A stretch of DNA of 64,000 nt from an uncultured Nitrososphaeraceae archaeon (GCA_963729045.1 CAVSMN010000017.1:1-64000), one strand, 5' to 3'; shown: positions 11,900 through 22,939, numbered from the stretch's first letter. A program made the numbers and translations. Notes: generated by a model not told the origin, from the sequence alone.

Positions 11900-12560
11900 A
11901 TCATCTTCACTACCTTCATTTGACTTCTTAATTATGCAATGAATTGATAGTTTATCTTCAATTGAATAGCTATTAAAAATGCTTTAGCTTATCTATGTTC
12001 TTAAAGATACATTTGTTTCCTACTCTGGTATGTTTAGACTCTCGCCAAATTTCTTCAATCTATTAATTAATTGGTTTCGAAATAACTTAAGATTATAATT
12101 AGGCAGGTAGAGTTCATTCTCATTATCACCTACTTCCACATTCTCGATTGTATTCTTAATATTCTTAATACTATTTCACAAATCAGCTATGAAGACTCCT
12201 CCTTCTGTTTTGCAATTTCCGATATGTTGAAGTATTAAAAATAGAAAATAAGCTTCAAAGAATTCTTGTTTTTTCTTATATTTTGCATCTAATAATCCTT
12301 GAAATGTCTGTTCAACTTCATTCTGAACATCAGACCATGGAATAATTGCAAACCTTCACATAACTCTTTATTTCTATTTTTGAGCTCACAATCAATATCG
12401 AGTTTATCTTCGTATGCATGAACCAAGTGGTATAAGAACAATCTATTTCCAACTTCTTCAATTTCTGATTGTAAATCCTTGATAAATTGATTGCCTCGAT
12501 TTCCTTTAGATATTAGTACCTCTTTAAGGTTCAATTTTGGTTTTCCTAGTAGACAAGTTA
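11900..12560 (-). pseudogene. Degenerate coiled-coil gene upstream of the primase (likely element gene)
   Basis: Fragmented Glu/Lys-rich frames including ORF 12289..12534; ends approximate. Confidence 0.35.
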
Positions 12561-12781
12561 TAGGAAATGTCCTATCTATTATTCCCTTAGCCTTTGATTT
12601 ATCAGGTAGTCTCTCACCTAGAAATACTTACTAATCATTTTCATAGGGCTGCCGCCTTTGATATATTCGAAAACAGCGAAATTTCTTTTAACAATTGCAC
12701 CTTGGTAGGAGAATTAATACAAAGATTCACTATCAAAAGTTTTCTAGTAATGTTTATCAATTACCATGACAATAGTATTGA

Positions 12782-13030
12782 GTGAAAAAAATTATTTTTG
12801 TAGTTCCTTTGTTTGCAATCGCGATGATATCCCTATCTATCACACAACTAGGTAGCGCTCAACAAGGAAGCTTAACTGGTAATAGTATTGCATGTCCTCA
12901 AGGCCATAGCTGTCAGTGCAATACAAGCACAGGACTAGGTACGGATCTTACTACAGGAAACCTTATTAATAATAAATGCAACGACATTGCTAGCCAAGTA
13001 AACTCTGGATGGTCGATAATAAAGCCCTAA
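12782..13030 (+). CDS. Small secreted Cys-rich protein
   Basis: Signal peptide followed by CPQGHSCQC...C. Confidence 0.65.
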   Translation: MKKIIFVVPLFAIAMISLSITQLGSAQQGSLTGNSIACPQGHSCQCNTSTGLGTDLTTGNLINNKCNDIASQVNSGWSIIKP

Positions 13031-13134
13031 TTGATACTTTGTGATCTTAGAAAAGAATTTGGCGTTATCATTGTGCTTCTTTAAACTAGTTTACCTATTT
13101 TCAGTATAGTGATCATTATACACAAAGTATGAAA

Positions 13135-14409
13135 CTATGGTCTCTCAGTTAGAGTTACATTTGCAGTATGTATATCTCCGTTTCTAAGTACTTTTAGAAT
13201 GATAGTGTCACCTATCGATTTATTATTAATATGATTTAAAATGTCTGCTGTTTTATTTACGGGTTTGCCATCTATTCCTATAATAATATCAGAATCAGCA
13301 TTTACATATACATTACTACCTATATCGACACTATTTTCCGAAGTACCATTTATTATCCCTGCCAAAGCAGCCGGACTTCCTTCAGATACTAAAACCACAA
13401 TTACACCAGTAGTATCAGTATCATTCATCCCAATGGCAGATTTAATATCGTGTGTTAAATCAAAACTAGAAATCCCAAGCCACGGATGTTTATATGTTCC
13501 AGTTGAAATAATCTGAGGAACTTCTTTCGTTATAGTATTTGATGAAATAGCAATGCTAATTCCAGCGTATTCTCCAGATGTGGAGGCAACCGCACTGTTC
13601 ATTCCTATTACCTGACCTTTCATATTAAAGAGTGGCCCTCCAGCACTTCCAGGATTTGTTACTACTGTAGACACAATAGTATCAACAAAAGCATATGACG
13701 ATCCATCTGGATCATCAAGTGATTGCTCTATAGATGATATTTGATGTATGCCACTAATTATCCCATTCGACAGTAGACCTTTAGAATCAAAATGGTTTCC
13801 AATAGTTGCAGTCTGCTCGCCTACCAAGACATCAGAAGAATTGGTTATGAATTCTACTGGTTTAAGCTTATCTATTGAGACATTCTCTACAAGTAGAACT
13901 GCAATGTCAGAATGAGGATCAGAGCCTATTATTTTTGCATCATATATAGTACCATCACTAAATTCTACTTGTTGCACATGGGTATCAGTAACGACACCAA
14001 GGCTAGTTACTATGTGACCTTTTGTATCATATACAAATCCAGTTCCTGTAGCACCTGAATTATTAGTAAAAATATCAGTAGAATTTCCTATACTAGTGGC
14101 GTTTGCATTGGAATTATTATTATCAGGTAATGCATCTGTAATTGAGACCACGGATTCTTTTAATTTAGTATATAAGGATGTAAGATCAAAATTAGGGACT
14201 GATGAGTTAGATGCAGTTATTCGATTCCCTGATAGTGTTGTCATGTTATCGGACTGAATAGTATTATTGAATGAATTTGGAGAAGAAATCAAGTCTTGTT
14301 GTTGTGCCATAACGGTGTTTGTTAATGATACTAATAACAATGAAAATACAATTATCATCGCATTAAAAACGAATATATTTATTCTTTTCCCAGTAAGCAT
14401 GTTCAACAA
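13135..14409 (-). CDS. HtrA/DegP-like trypsin + PDZ protein with substituted catalytic His and Ser
   Basis: GTGFVYD, SDIAVL, NPGSAGGPLFN..GQVIG, HPWLGI and a PDZ C-terminus. Confidence 0.9.
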   Translation of the reverse strand: MLNMLTGKRINIFVFNAMIIVFSLLLVSLTNTVMAQQQDLISSPNSFNNTIQSDNMTTLSGNRITASNSSVPNFDLTSLYTKLKESVVSITDALPDNNNSNANATSIGNSTDIFTNNSGATGTGFVYDTKGHIVTSLGVVTDTHVQQVEFSDGTIYDAKIIGSDPHSDIAVLLVENVSIDKLKPVEFITNSSDVLVGEQTATIGNHFDSKGLLSNGIISGIHQISSIEQSLDDPDGSSYAFVDTIVSTVVTNPGSAGGPLFNMKGQVIGMNSAVASTSGEYAGISIAISSNTITKEVPQIISTGTYKHPWLGISSFDLTHDIKSAIGMNDTDTTGVIVVLVSEGSPAALAGIINGTSENSVDIGSNVYVNADSDIIIGIDGKPVNKTADILNHINNKSIGDTIILKVLRNGDIHTANVTLTERP

Positions 14410-15472
14410 TTAAGTTGCAATTATTTAAGAGTTCTGAACAGAAACAGTATCTCAAGATAATACTTCAAAAATGCTTTTGACCAGTACAAGTATTACTTGT
14501 CAAACTATGACAATATCATGCTAGACAGTCGTAAGAATATATCTTTAACGTGTTCTCTCCAAATACTCTTTTTTTTAATAGATTTAAGGTCAACTTCCAA
14601 GGCTAGAATTAAGTTTTAGCAAATGACAATTGTCCAGAAATCGAATCAAACTTTTATGTCGAATTTTTTCCCAAACGGCTGGCACCACAACAAACGTATC
14701 TGAAAGCAGCAAAATTTTCAATGTTAACTTAGGTATAAACCGTGAATACAAGAATCGGGTTCATATTTCAACCTATTATCGATCAAGTTTTGTTTGACAA
14801 GACCCACTATTGTACGGTATGGGTTTTAATTTCACATTCAGTTGTTCTTCATAACCTTACATTGAATTCAACCTTGAAACGTATTCTCTCGGGTGTATTC
14901 AACCACAGAAGTAATTTTCAAAATTTTCTGAACTGAAAAGAAAATCATTAAAACATGATATCTTTGACACCAATTAACGATCATATTTCAGGTTTTGGTC
15001 GTAATCTGTAAATGATTTTGTGAGTTTATTGTATATGTCGGAATTACATTGTAATACTGATTTGGAAGGTTATGAAATCAACCCTTATCAATCCAAAATA
15101 TCCAATTTCGCTGATTTATCCAATTAGATTTGTAATTTCCAACCTTGTTAATTTCGAACTTTTGTGACTTATTAGATATATATCCCAGATAGAGAATTTC
15201 AATTGATTATCTATATATTAACTATTTATAGTTGCCAAATCGAAAATGAATCAAAACTTGTTTTGCTTCTATCAGTGAAAAGTACATTTAGTTAGTTACC
15301 AGTTATGAATATGGCAATTCATTTTATAGCATTAGATAACAATCCTTGGTCCCAGACTAAAATCGAACTCTTTTAAGTCATTTGTTATAAAGGTAATCAA
15401 AATTTACTATTGACTAAAGGATCAAGCTAACTGTCCAAAAACTGAAATAAAAAAAAGATTATTTGTAGTTAT

Positions 15473-16249
15473 TTAATTTCCATTACCTCCTTCACTACCA
15501 GAGTCTCCGCCGTCTTCACTACCAGAGTCTCCGCCGTCTTCACTACCAGAGTCTCCGCCGTCTTCACTACCAGAGTCTCCGCCGTCTTCACTACCAGAGT
15601 CTCCGCCGTCTTCACTACCAGAGTCTCCGCCGTTGTTTACACCAGTGTCTTCGCTTCCAGCCACTCCTTCGTTAGGAACAAATGTAGTTTCATCGTCAGT
15701 AACAGCTTGGTTAGCATTGCCATACGGCATTTCCCCAACAAAGTTACCTGGAGGGTTATAACGACAGACTAGAAAGTTCATTTGATCAGTACTAGTGAAC
15801 CCGCAACCAATCTCTTTGGTGTTCTGCCAGACCATTGCTGTGTAATGGCCAGCTGGATTATTACCTGACGGTATTGGCTGACCGTTGTAATCTGATTTTT
15901 CATCAGCCCAGCCCTGGACATGGGTGGCTATCGATGTACCTGGACTTCCCCCAGCCAAGTTCTCGTTGCTTGCTCCATGAGGTGTCTGATCGCATTGCTG
16001 GGCATTACAGACGAGCCCCATCGTGGACAGCTGGTTAGCATAATCTTGGGATTGAGTTGCGAGATTGTTACTCCAAGTAAGAGGCGGACTATTCACTTCT
16101 TTTCTTTCATCGTTGTGCATGCTCAAGATGGTGTTTTGGTCGCTTTGGCTGATCTGGGCTTGAGAGATCTGCAACATCGTAGACGGCACTGTCAAAATTA
16201 CTGTCATGATTAGAATTATAGTAATTTTTACTGATATTTTCTTATTCAT
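15473..16249 (-). CDS. Secreted CAP (SCP/PR-1) domain protein with acidic repeat tail
   Basis: HNDER, ENLA, GHYTAMVW and IGCG..FLVCRYNPPGN. Confidence 0.9.
   Translation of the reverse strand: MNKKISVKITIILIMTVILTVPSTMLQISQAQISQSDQNTILSMHNDERKEVNSPPLTWSNNLATQSQDYANQLSTMGLVCNAQQCDQTPHGASNENLAGGSPGTSIATHVQGWADEKSDYNGQPIPSGNNPAGHYTAMVWQNTKEIGCGFTSTDQMNFLVCRYNPPGNFVGEMPYGNANQAVTDDETTFVPNEGVAGSEDTGVNNGGDSGSEDGGDSGSEDGGDSGSEDGGDSGSEDGGDSGSEDGGDSGSEGGNGN
15490..15633. repeat. 24-bp perfect tandem repeat x6 (GGDSGSED)
   Basis: cttcactaccagagtctccgccgt repeated six times. Confidence 0.95.
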
Positions 16250-17246
16250 AATTCGTAAGTAGTTTTTTACTAGATTAGCTTATTAACTAATCGATTAGTA
16301 TAAATAGCAGTATTAAATAATGAATGCTTTTTTGGCCATCCCTTTTTAGAAACCAATTCCTTCCATAATTCCCACATTATCTCCTTTTTTATGACTATCG
16401 GAAACAGAACACGTTCAGAATCCATGCTCTTAAGAACAAAATCGTATTTTTCAGATCTATTTGGTATTATGACCAATTAAATATTGTCCTGATTTGTGAA
16501 CGAATTGACTAAGCGATACGAATAGAAATAACGATGTTACTATAGTTGTCTTTTATTCATGTAGTAAGTCTAAATGAAATTGTTTTACAACAATGTGTAG
16601 ACCTAATAAGAAACTAAAATGGGTTTAGATTTTTCATCTGTGTTCAAGCTAAGTCGAATCAATAAGATTCCTTCAAGGATGTACAATAGGAACAGTAAGA
16701 TTGTACAATCTTTTATGTTTAGATGCTTAGAAATGACATTGTAACTAAGGATGCAAAAAAGATTCAATTTGAATATTACTTGCTAGTTAAAGACAAAATC
16801 ACTAGTAATTTGATAAGGGATTATTGACGCAAGATGCGATATCTGGATATTGATATGAAAAAAAATAACGTTTTCATATCGCATATCTAGACCAAAGATA
16901 ACTGTTTTTACATCAATACTGATTGCTTATAACCTGGCTCTATAGTCCTCATTGCTCCATTAATTTACCTAGATATAGTGTTTAAACTTCTATGTGCGCT
17001 TTTACATTTATTTGATTTGTTTGTTTGATGAGGAATCGTTTTTTAGGACAATTTACGTTCTGTTGTCTTTGAGGTATTATAGGAATAAAACAATGAATTT
17101 ACAAGCTAATTAATGGGCCATATCCTTAGCAAAGGTAAAACAGAAACCCAAAAAATTTTGATTCTAAGGAATAAGTGTTATCTCATAATAGTATGTTAGA
17201 ATAGGGATTGAAGGTATATTTTACATAATGGTTTACGATTAAATTT

Positions 17247-17291
17247 AAAACAAATAGGAAATCTTATAAAATAGGTTTAGATGAATAATGT
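17247..17291 (+). promoter_or_regulatory. Archaeal promoter (BRE/TATA) shared with the paralog at 53961..54242
   Basis: aaatcttataaaataggtttagatgaataatgt is nearly identical to the reverse complement of 54243-54287. Confidence 0.65.
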
Positions 17292-17615
17292 ATGTCTAAT
17301 ACAAGACTTAATCATTTATTATATTTGATGCCTTTATTTATGACTGCTGTTCTTCTAGTCATCCCATTTCAGGCTCAAGCACAACCTACTTCACCTGAGG
17401 ATACATGCTTTCCTGTTGAACCCGGTGCAGGGACATTAATGTGTACAGAGGGCCCTGCAAGTGGTGATCCGGAGGCAAACTCAACATCTACTAAAAAGGG
17501 GGCCACTTCTAACACATCCGAAGATACATGCTTTCCTGTTGAACCCGGTGCAGGGACATTAATGTGTACAGAGGGCCCTGCAAGTGGTGATCCGGAGGCA
17601 AACTCAACATCCTAA
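17292..17615 (+). CDS. Small secreted protein with a duplicated two-Cys module
   Basis: Signal peptide; exact 89-bp repeat at 17400-17488 and 17523-17611; N-terminus paralogous to 53961..54242. Confidence 0.8.
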   Translation: MSNTRLNHLLYLMPLFMTAVLLVIPFQAQAQPTSPEDTCFPVEPGAGTLMCTEGPASGDPEANSTSTKKGATSNTSEDTCFPVEPGAGTLMCTEGPASGDPEANSTS

Positions 17616-18481
17616 AATTTTGGTCCAATCAGAATATTAGGATATTTTTATAGGCATTTCAGATTTTATTTTGATTGTGACGTTTAAGCTTTCTGACATA
17701 CCAATAAATAAATTATGATAATCTAACTAGACCAATGATATAACACCATATAGACCCACCACTATTCAAAGGAAGGTCTATGATACCTCTGACAAGGAGT
17801 ACAGGATATAAACAAATTCCCTTCCTTGATCCTTTAATCTAGAGAAATTACGAGGGAAGGCTAAGTCCTGAATAAAATAGGAATAATGAAATCCTTGAAA
17901 TAACTATACAATCTGAAAGAATAGGTTAGAAGATAATGTATGACGATTTGAAATCTATATTTAACATTTGATCAATACTGTAAGAGAATTGTTAAATGAG
18001 AAGAAGCAGCCTTAGTCATTGTTCATTTTCAACATTCAATTAAATCCCTCCTGACGATAATTGTTACAAATTTCATTTCAACAGCTCTTTTGGCGTCTAA
18101 ATTATTACATTATCATTTAACTTATTACAATCAAATCATTCGAACTAAATGAATACTAAAATACTTTTTTATTAATCTCAGCTGGAATACATTCTTTCTT
18201 ACTAACTCTACAAAAAATATTTACACCTTTTTACGACTTATTATTTTTGAAATTTTATTAAGGTAGAACCCGAATGTTTTCTAAAGATAACGAAATTATC
18301 CATAGCATCTACGAACCATTCCAGGATTGGGTTAAAGGTAGAATCATATCATGCTTTCTGTTGCCTGATTATATACTTCAGGATTTATCCCATTCCTTAT
18401 GATTCAGATTCAGATTCCGAAAAATTTTGAATCGGTTTATCCAAGTTTCGGGGTGCCTCTACCAGATCTGCGGGTTGAACA

Positions 18482-18757
18482 TCATTTGATTTTGGAGGTA
18501 CTTCTCTTGCAATTGTATTTTTGTTCTGTTTGAAAGTCTACATTACATTCCATGCATTTTAAAGCGTTATTTGAACTATCACAACATATCTCTTTATTTT
18601 TATCATTGTCATATGTGCAATCAAAAAGAGCTTTTCCACCCGGTAATGCAGCAAAAATCTCCATTTGAACTGAGGAACTTGACAAAAGTATGACCAAAAA
18701 AACTATTACACCCGATGTCACAAAAATTTTTGAATTTAAATCATTAAATTTATTCAT
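18482..18757 (-). CDS. Small secreted Cys-rich protein (6 Cys)
   Basis: Signal peptide; C..CC..CxxC..C pattern like 55228..55653. Confidence 0.7.
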   Translation of the reverse strand: MNKFNDLNSKIFVTSGVIVFLVILLSSSSVQMEIFAALPGGKALFDCTYDNDKNKEICCDSSNNALKCMECNVDFQTEQKYNCKRSTSKIK

Positions 18758-19126
18758 ACAATGACTTCTAAATCAAAAATATAAACATTTGTCAATTACC
18801 ATGTCTAATGAATAGGATAAAAACAGGTCGCAAGATATTTATCGCCCTCTAGGGACAAAGGTCAAGATTATTTAGTATTGATATTTGCAAAACAACTCGA
18901 TTTATACCAAAAAAGTAAATTTGGTAGAATTATCAAAATTGTTACTAACTTCATAGTCACATTTGATTTTAGTTATGTATACTTAATATTGAGATGAATT
19001 AGATTATTAGGGTAAGCATTCGAATTAGATTCCAGATTTCATAAATATATTTTCAGTTTGACCTTAACTATTTGTAAAGTAAATCCATACAACTTTTTAG
19101 ATTGTTTTGACTATTCGTTGCACATC

Positions 19127-19178
19127 AGAACCCCGTTACCACTAGGACCTTAATCCCACGGATCAGACCTGTTACTAA
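19127..19178 (+). repeat. Dispersed repeat family 2, copy 2
   Basis: agaaccccgttaccactaggaccttaatcccacggatcagacctgttac. Confidence 0.75.
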
Positions 19179-19367
19179 CGATTGAAAAGTATGATTTTTG
19201 TAGATTAAGCACAGGATTTTCACTAACAAAAAGAAAACAGATCTTCATATTTTAATGTATTTTCAGAATGATATATGATATTGAAAATATGAAATAAGTC
19301 ATATTAATATTTACAAAAAATAGTGCAGTATTGTAAGCAATCCTGTCAAACAAACGATCCTAATATT

Positions 19368-19923
19368 CTAGTAAGGTGTTTGTCCCGGAAGGTTGCCCGG
19401 CGGGTTATAGCGACATACTAGAAAGTCCATTTGACCACTACTAGCGAACCCGCAGCCAATCTCTTGGGTGTTCTGCCATACCATGGCAGTGTAATGGCCG
19501 ATACCTGGACCGGATCGTTGCCCTGCATTATATTTCACCTTTTCGTCAGCCCACAATTGGGCAAGTTCCTCTGGTGAATAGAGATCCGCGACCCCAGACG
19601 CAATGTTCTCGTTTTTAGCACCGTGGGGAGTAGTATCGCATATGGGCTTGGGTGGTACTAGCTCGGCTCGCGCGGGATCGCATAGGAGCCCGAGCGTCGT
19701 CAAATGATTAGCCCAACTCTGGGAGTCGGATGCAAGACTGCTGCTCCACGTTAGCGGCGGAACTCCAACGGCAGCACGCTCATCCTTATGTATTATTCAG
19801 CATGGCGTTTTTGAGATCCGTATTTGACTATGCGTACGAAAGCTGCACCACCGACGATAACACTGTCAAGAGCGTCGTCATAACAAAAATCAATGTAATT
19901 TCTTTAGATACTTTTTGATACAT
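19368..19923 (-). pseudogene. Second CAP-domain gene, with an in-frame TAG and one frameshift
   Basis: MYQKVSKEITLIFVMTTLLTV...SYA* then HKDERAAVGVPPLTWS; GHYTAMVW..FLVCRYNPPGN. Confidence 0.8.
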
Positions 19924-20059
19924 AATTCGTAATTGATTCATGATAATTTCTTATTTATTTTTCGATCAGCAAGTATTAAGAAGAAATTTGTATAGGATCT
20001 GTATGACAAGATTTGTCCAATCCTGAAACCAAAGAAGACTTGGAAGTAACAAAATAGAT

Positions 20060-20370
20060 AAATGTTTGATTCAAGATGTAATTTAACTTCCGAACTGGAT
20101 ATCTACAGATGGAACATAAAGATAGATTTAAATAAATAAAAATGAAGCTTTGGTTTTGAGGTTCCTCTCTGACTCATTATGAGCATGGTAACCATTAATT
20201 CTACAATCAACAAAATTAGATTCTTTATAGTGACTTTATCATTACCTCCTTAGAATCAACAAGAATCTGGCCTGACCGTTGGCCTTGGCAGCCATGATGG
20301 ATCCAGGAAAAATAATTTCCTGACCACAGAAATGAGATAGAATAAAATTGATATTTCCAGTGTGTGTCGT
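20060..20370 (-). pseudogene. Truncated paralog of the AEP primase (N-terminal third)
   Basis: Manual translation NFILSHFCGQEIIFPGSIMAAKANGQ..SNFVDCRINGY..LCSICRYPVRKLNYILNQT matches the N-terminus of 10785..11819. Confidence 0.85.
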
Positions 20371-20709
20371 AACATCATCAGAAGACAATAATATGGGTAA
20401 CTATATCTTAAAAAATAGGTATTTAGTTACAGGTATGGAGAGGCTCATTTTCTTTTCCTAGTTTCTTTAGAATGTTCGCTACTTAACATCCGATATCTAC
20501 ATCTATATCAGTTCGGTAGGTTTTTTGTGGTTTAGATGACTAATCTTATTGAATAAATATTAAACTTGGATGTCAGATAGGTGATTGTCAGGGCAACACC
20601 ATGATATAGTCAACTAATTAGTAGAAAGTCTAAAATTGGGTTATACTTGTCTTAATTATGGTGTATTAGGATAGTAATAACTTGGTATGGAGCCTATGTT
20701 AAAAATTGG

Positions 20710-21408
20710 ATGTCCATACCCATATTAACCATAGCAACTATTTTCATTATACTCTCCACAATACAATCCATACATGCTTTAACCGTTAACAATATTGATC
20801 CTACGAAACTCCAATTATCTAATGCACAGAAATCAATATCGCTAAATGAGATGAATATAAGTAAAATTATTCTGTATAGTATAGTAATTATAATTTTGGT
20901 TGTTACCAGACTCAAATGGGCCAAACATGGAAGAAAAGTAACGAAGCCGAAAATTATAATTGAGTCTATTTTCTTTTTAGCAATAGGTTCTATTGTTATC
21001 TTTGATTCATTTTATAACGTTGGTATTCCAATTTTATACATTATTCCTTATCTGGTTGTGTTTTTTGGTTTACAGCATTATTCATATTTTCATTCAAATA
21101 AGTTCATTTCGTTCTGGACAGACTCAAAGACTAGTGCTATTTATGTAAAGGGCGGAACACACATACATCTTGCGTATGTGATAGGAACAGCATCTCGTAT
21201 TATTATATCTGTTTTGTTTATTGGCAGTTTGTTTACGCCAAGCCGACGAGGGATAATTTACATTGATAGTTCGACGACAGTACTTGCTACTATAGTATTT
21301 GATTTGCTATTAATGATTTCTCTTGGCTTGCTAATAGGAATAAATAGGAGAATACTTATTCGATATAATTTAATTAACACAGGGAAAGAAAAAATTTCTG
21401 AAAAGTAG
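20710..21408 (+). CDS. Multi-pass membrane protein (possibly DUF1453/CcdC-like)
   Basis: Several hydrophobic segments; YVKGG...RI motif. Confidence 0.65.
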   Translation: MSIPILTIATIFIILSTIQSIHALTVNNIDPTKLQLSNAQKSISLNEMNISKIILYSIVIIILVVTRLKWAKHGRKVTKPKIIIESIFFLAIGSIVIFDSFYNVGIPILYIIPYLVVFFGLQHYSYFHSNKFISFWTDSKTSAIYVKGGTHIHLAYVIGTASRIIISVLFIGSLFTPSRRGIIYIDSSTTVLATIVFDLLLMISLGLLIGINRRILIRYNLINTGKEKISEK

Positions 21409-21524
21409 AGATATGATTGTACAAAAACTTAGCAATTTAGGATTTTCAACCCATGGATTAAACATTTCAAAAACACCGATAACTTCCTCCTTTCTTCTTT
21501 CCTGTATATCGGTGGCAATACCAT

Positions 21525-21830
21525 ATGCTTTCAGAATGTAAATATTGTCTTGGTATCAATTACAAAGGACCAATAAAGAAGTTTGAGTGTAATGAACAAG
21601 TTCTGATATTTTACGATCCTGATGGTATGGAGATAGAACTAGTTGCCCATAAGGATGCAGAGTTAAGAAAGGATCATATCTGGGAAAAGGGGCCAATCCC
21701 TAAAGAATATACCCCTAGGGGATTTTTTTCGGCTACTCTTTCTTTAGAAGGATATGAACGAACTGTGGACTTTTAACTACAATCAATGGTTTCTCAAAAG
21801 GGAAACACAAAGGAAATAGATTCTGATTTG
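21525..21830 (+). pseudogene. Glyoxalase/ring-cleaving dioxygenase (VOC) internal fragment
   Basis: FYDPDGMEIELV...W..GPIPKEY..RGF.SATLSLEGYERT. Confidence 0.7.
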
Positions 21831-21899
21831 AAATCGAAAATAAAGAAAAAAACTAGATGGCCCTTACACTACCAAACAAAAAAAGAAAATTGGATCCTT

Positions 21900-21975
21900 T
21901 AGATTCTTTGTCCACTGTTGATTTTCCTGCTCCAGGCATACCAGTCAAACTAATTATAAATCGGCTCGTTATGCC
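21900..21975 (-). pseudogene. Isolated P-loop fragment of an archaeal nucleotide-kinase-like gene
   Basis: FIISLTGMPGAGKSTV with no continuation. Confidence 0.55.
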
Positions 21976-22246
21976 AAATATACCTATTTTTAAAGGTTAT
22001 TTTGATATTATGTATTGACAAGTTTGATTTGGAATATTACAAGAAATTTTTGAAATGAAACTAAACCTTAACCTTAACCTTTAACACCTTTTGCATCACA
22101 AAGGTTTTGGCCTTGTTACTACTCGTTATGTGGATGGATGGTGGATTGTATTCGATCTTGAATCGTGTCCCCACGGGTTCGAACCAGAGTATATAAAAAA
22201 ATTAGAAATAGTATTGAGTTGTTGATTACAGGCAAATATGTCCGAC

Positions 22247-22276
22247 ATCCGACCCGGCCCATTGAAAATATTGTCT
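22247..22276 (+). repeat. tRNA-Val-3' att-like site
   Basis: atccgacccggcccattgaaaa identical to 24731-24752. Confidence 0.85.
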
Positions 22277-22334
22277 AATTCTATTATGGTAATGTGAGGG
22301 AAAATCCTTGACATGAAGTTAACACTAATAAAAT

Positions 22335-22625
22335 TTACTCAATAATCCTATTCTCTCGTATTCTTTTTTCCTCTTCGGCCATTCCCTCATCCGTAATGCT
22401 AAATTCGTTACCATTTGATATTTCTACCAACTTGGAGTCATTCCATAATTTAATCAAGTCTACTTTCAAATATGCTTGATCTAATGAAGATACTCTATCC
22501 TCTAATTCTTGTATAGGGACTTTTTCTTGTCGCTCTCTTTTTTTTAGATATAGATGTGCTAATATAATACTCCTAACCTTTCGCTCTGCCTCTTCATCGG
22601 ATTCAAAACTCGATATATTATTCAT
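22335..22625 (-). CDS. 96-aa protein, possibly winged helix; cassette gene copy 1
   Basis: Near-identical to 54798..55088; ends ...FSITDEG, wHTH wing-like. Confidence 0.85.
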   Translation of the reverse strand: MNNISSFESDEEAERKVRSIILAHLYLKKRERQEKVPIQELEDRVSSLDQAYLKVDLIKLWNDSKLVEISNGNEFSITDEGMAEEEKRIRENRIIE

Positions 22626-22760
22626 ACTATTGAAATGCTAAAGTTGTTTAAATCCTTACATGATTGACTAGAATACATGATCGGGTTTGTTAATTTCAAT
22701 TTCCAGTGCTTCTTGCATACTAGATGTGTATATTTATCTGCGAGTAATACTTAATCATTC

Positions 22761-22808
22761 AGTCAACCAAAAACTATCCCGTTAATAATATGAATCCGAC
22801 TCGGCCAA
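22761..22808 (+). repeat. Dyad + tRNA-Val-3' att-like site
   Basis: agtcaaccaaaaactatcccgttaataatatgaatccgactcggccaa. Confidence 0.8.
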
Positions 22809-22885
22809 TAAGAACGATTTTCTAGTCGAAATTTGCCTTAAAATCTGAACAATTATTTTTAATTGATCAATTGTTTATATTCATA

Positions 22886-22939
22886 AGAACCCCTATTACC
22901 ATTAGGAACTTAATCCCTACGGATGAGAACTGTTATCAA
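22886..22939 (+). repeat. Dispersed repeat family 2, copy 3
   Basis: agaacccctattaccattaggaacttaatccctacggatgagaactgtta. Confidence 0.75.

Noticed and set aside
15490..15633. Regular 24-bp repeats as a CRISPR array
   Set aside because: There are no spacers; the repeats are in frame within the CAP protein tail.
22064..22082. AACCTT x3 (also TATATTAC x3 near 62044)
   Set aside because: Short microsatellites with no supporting context.
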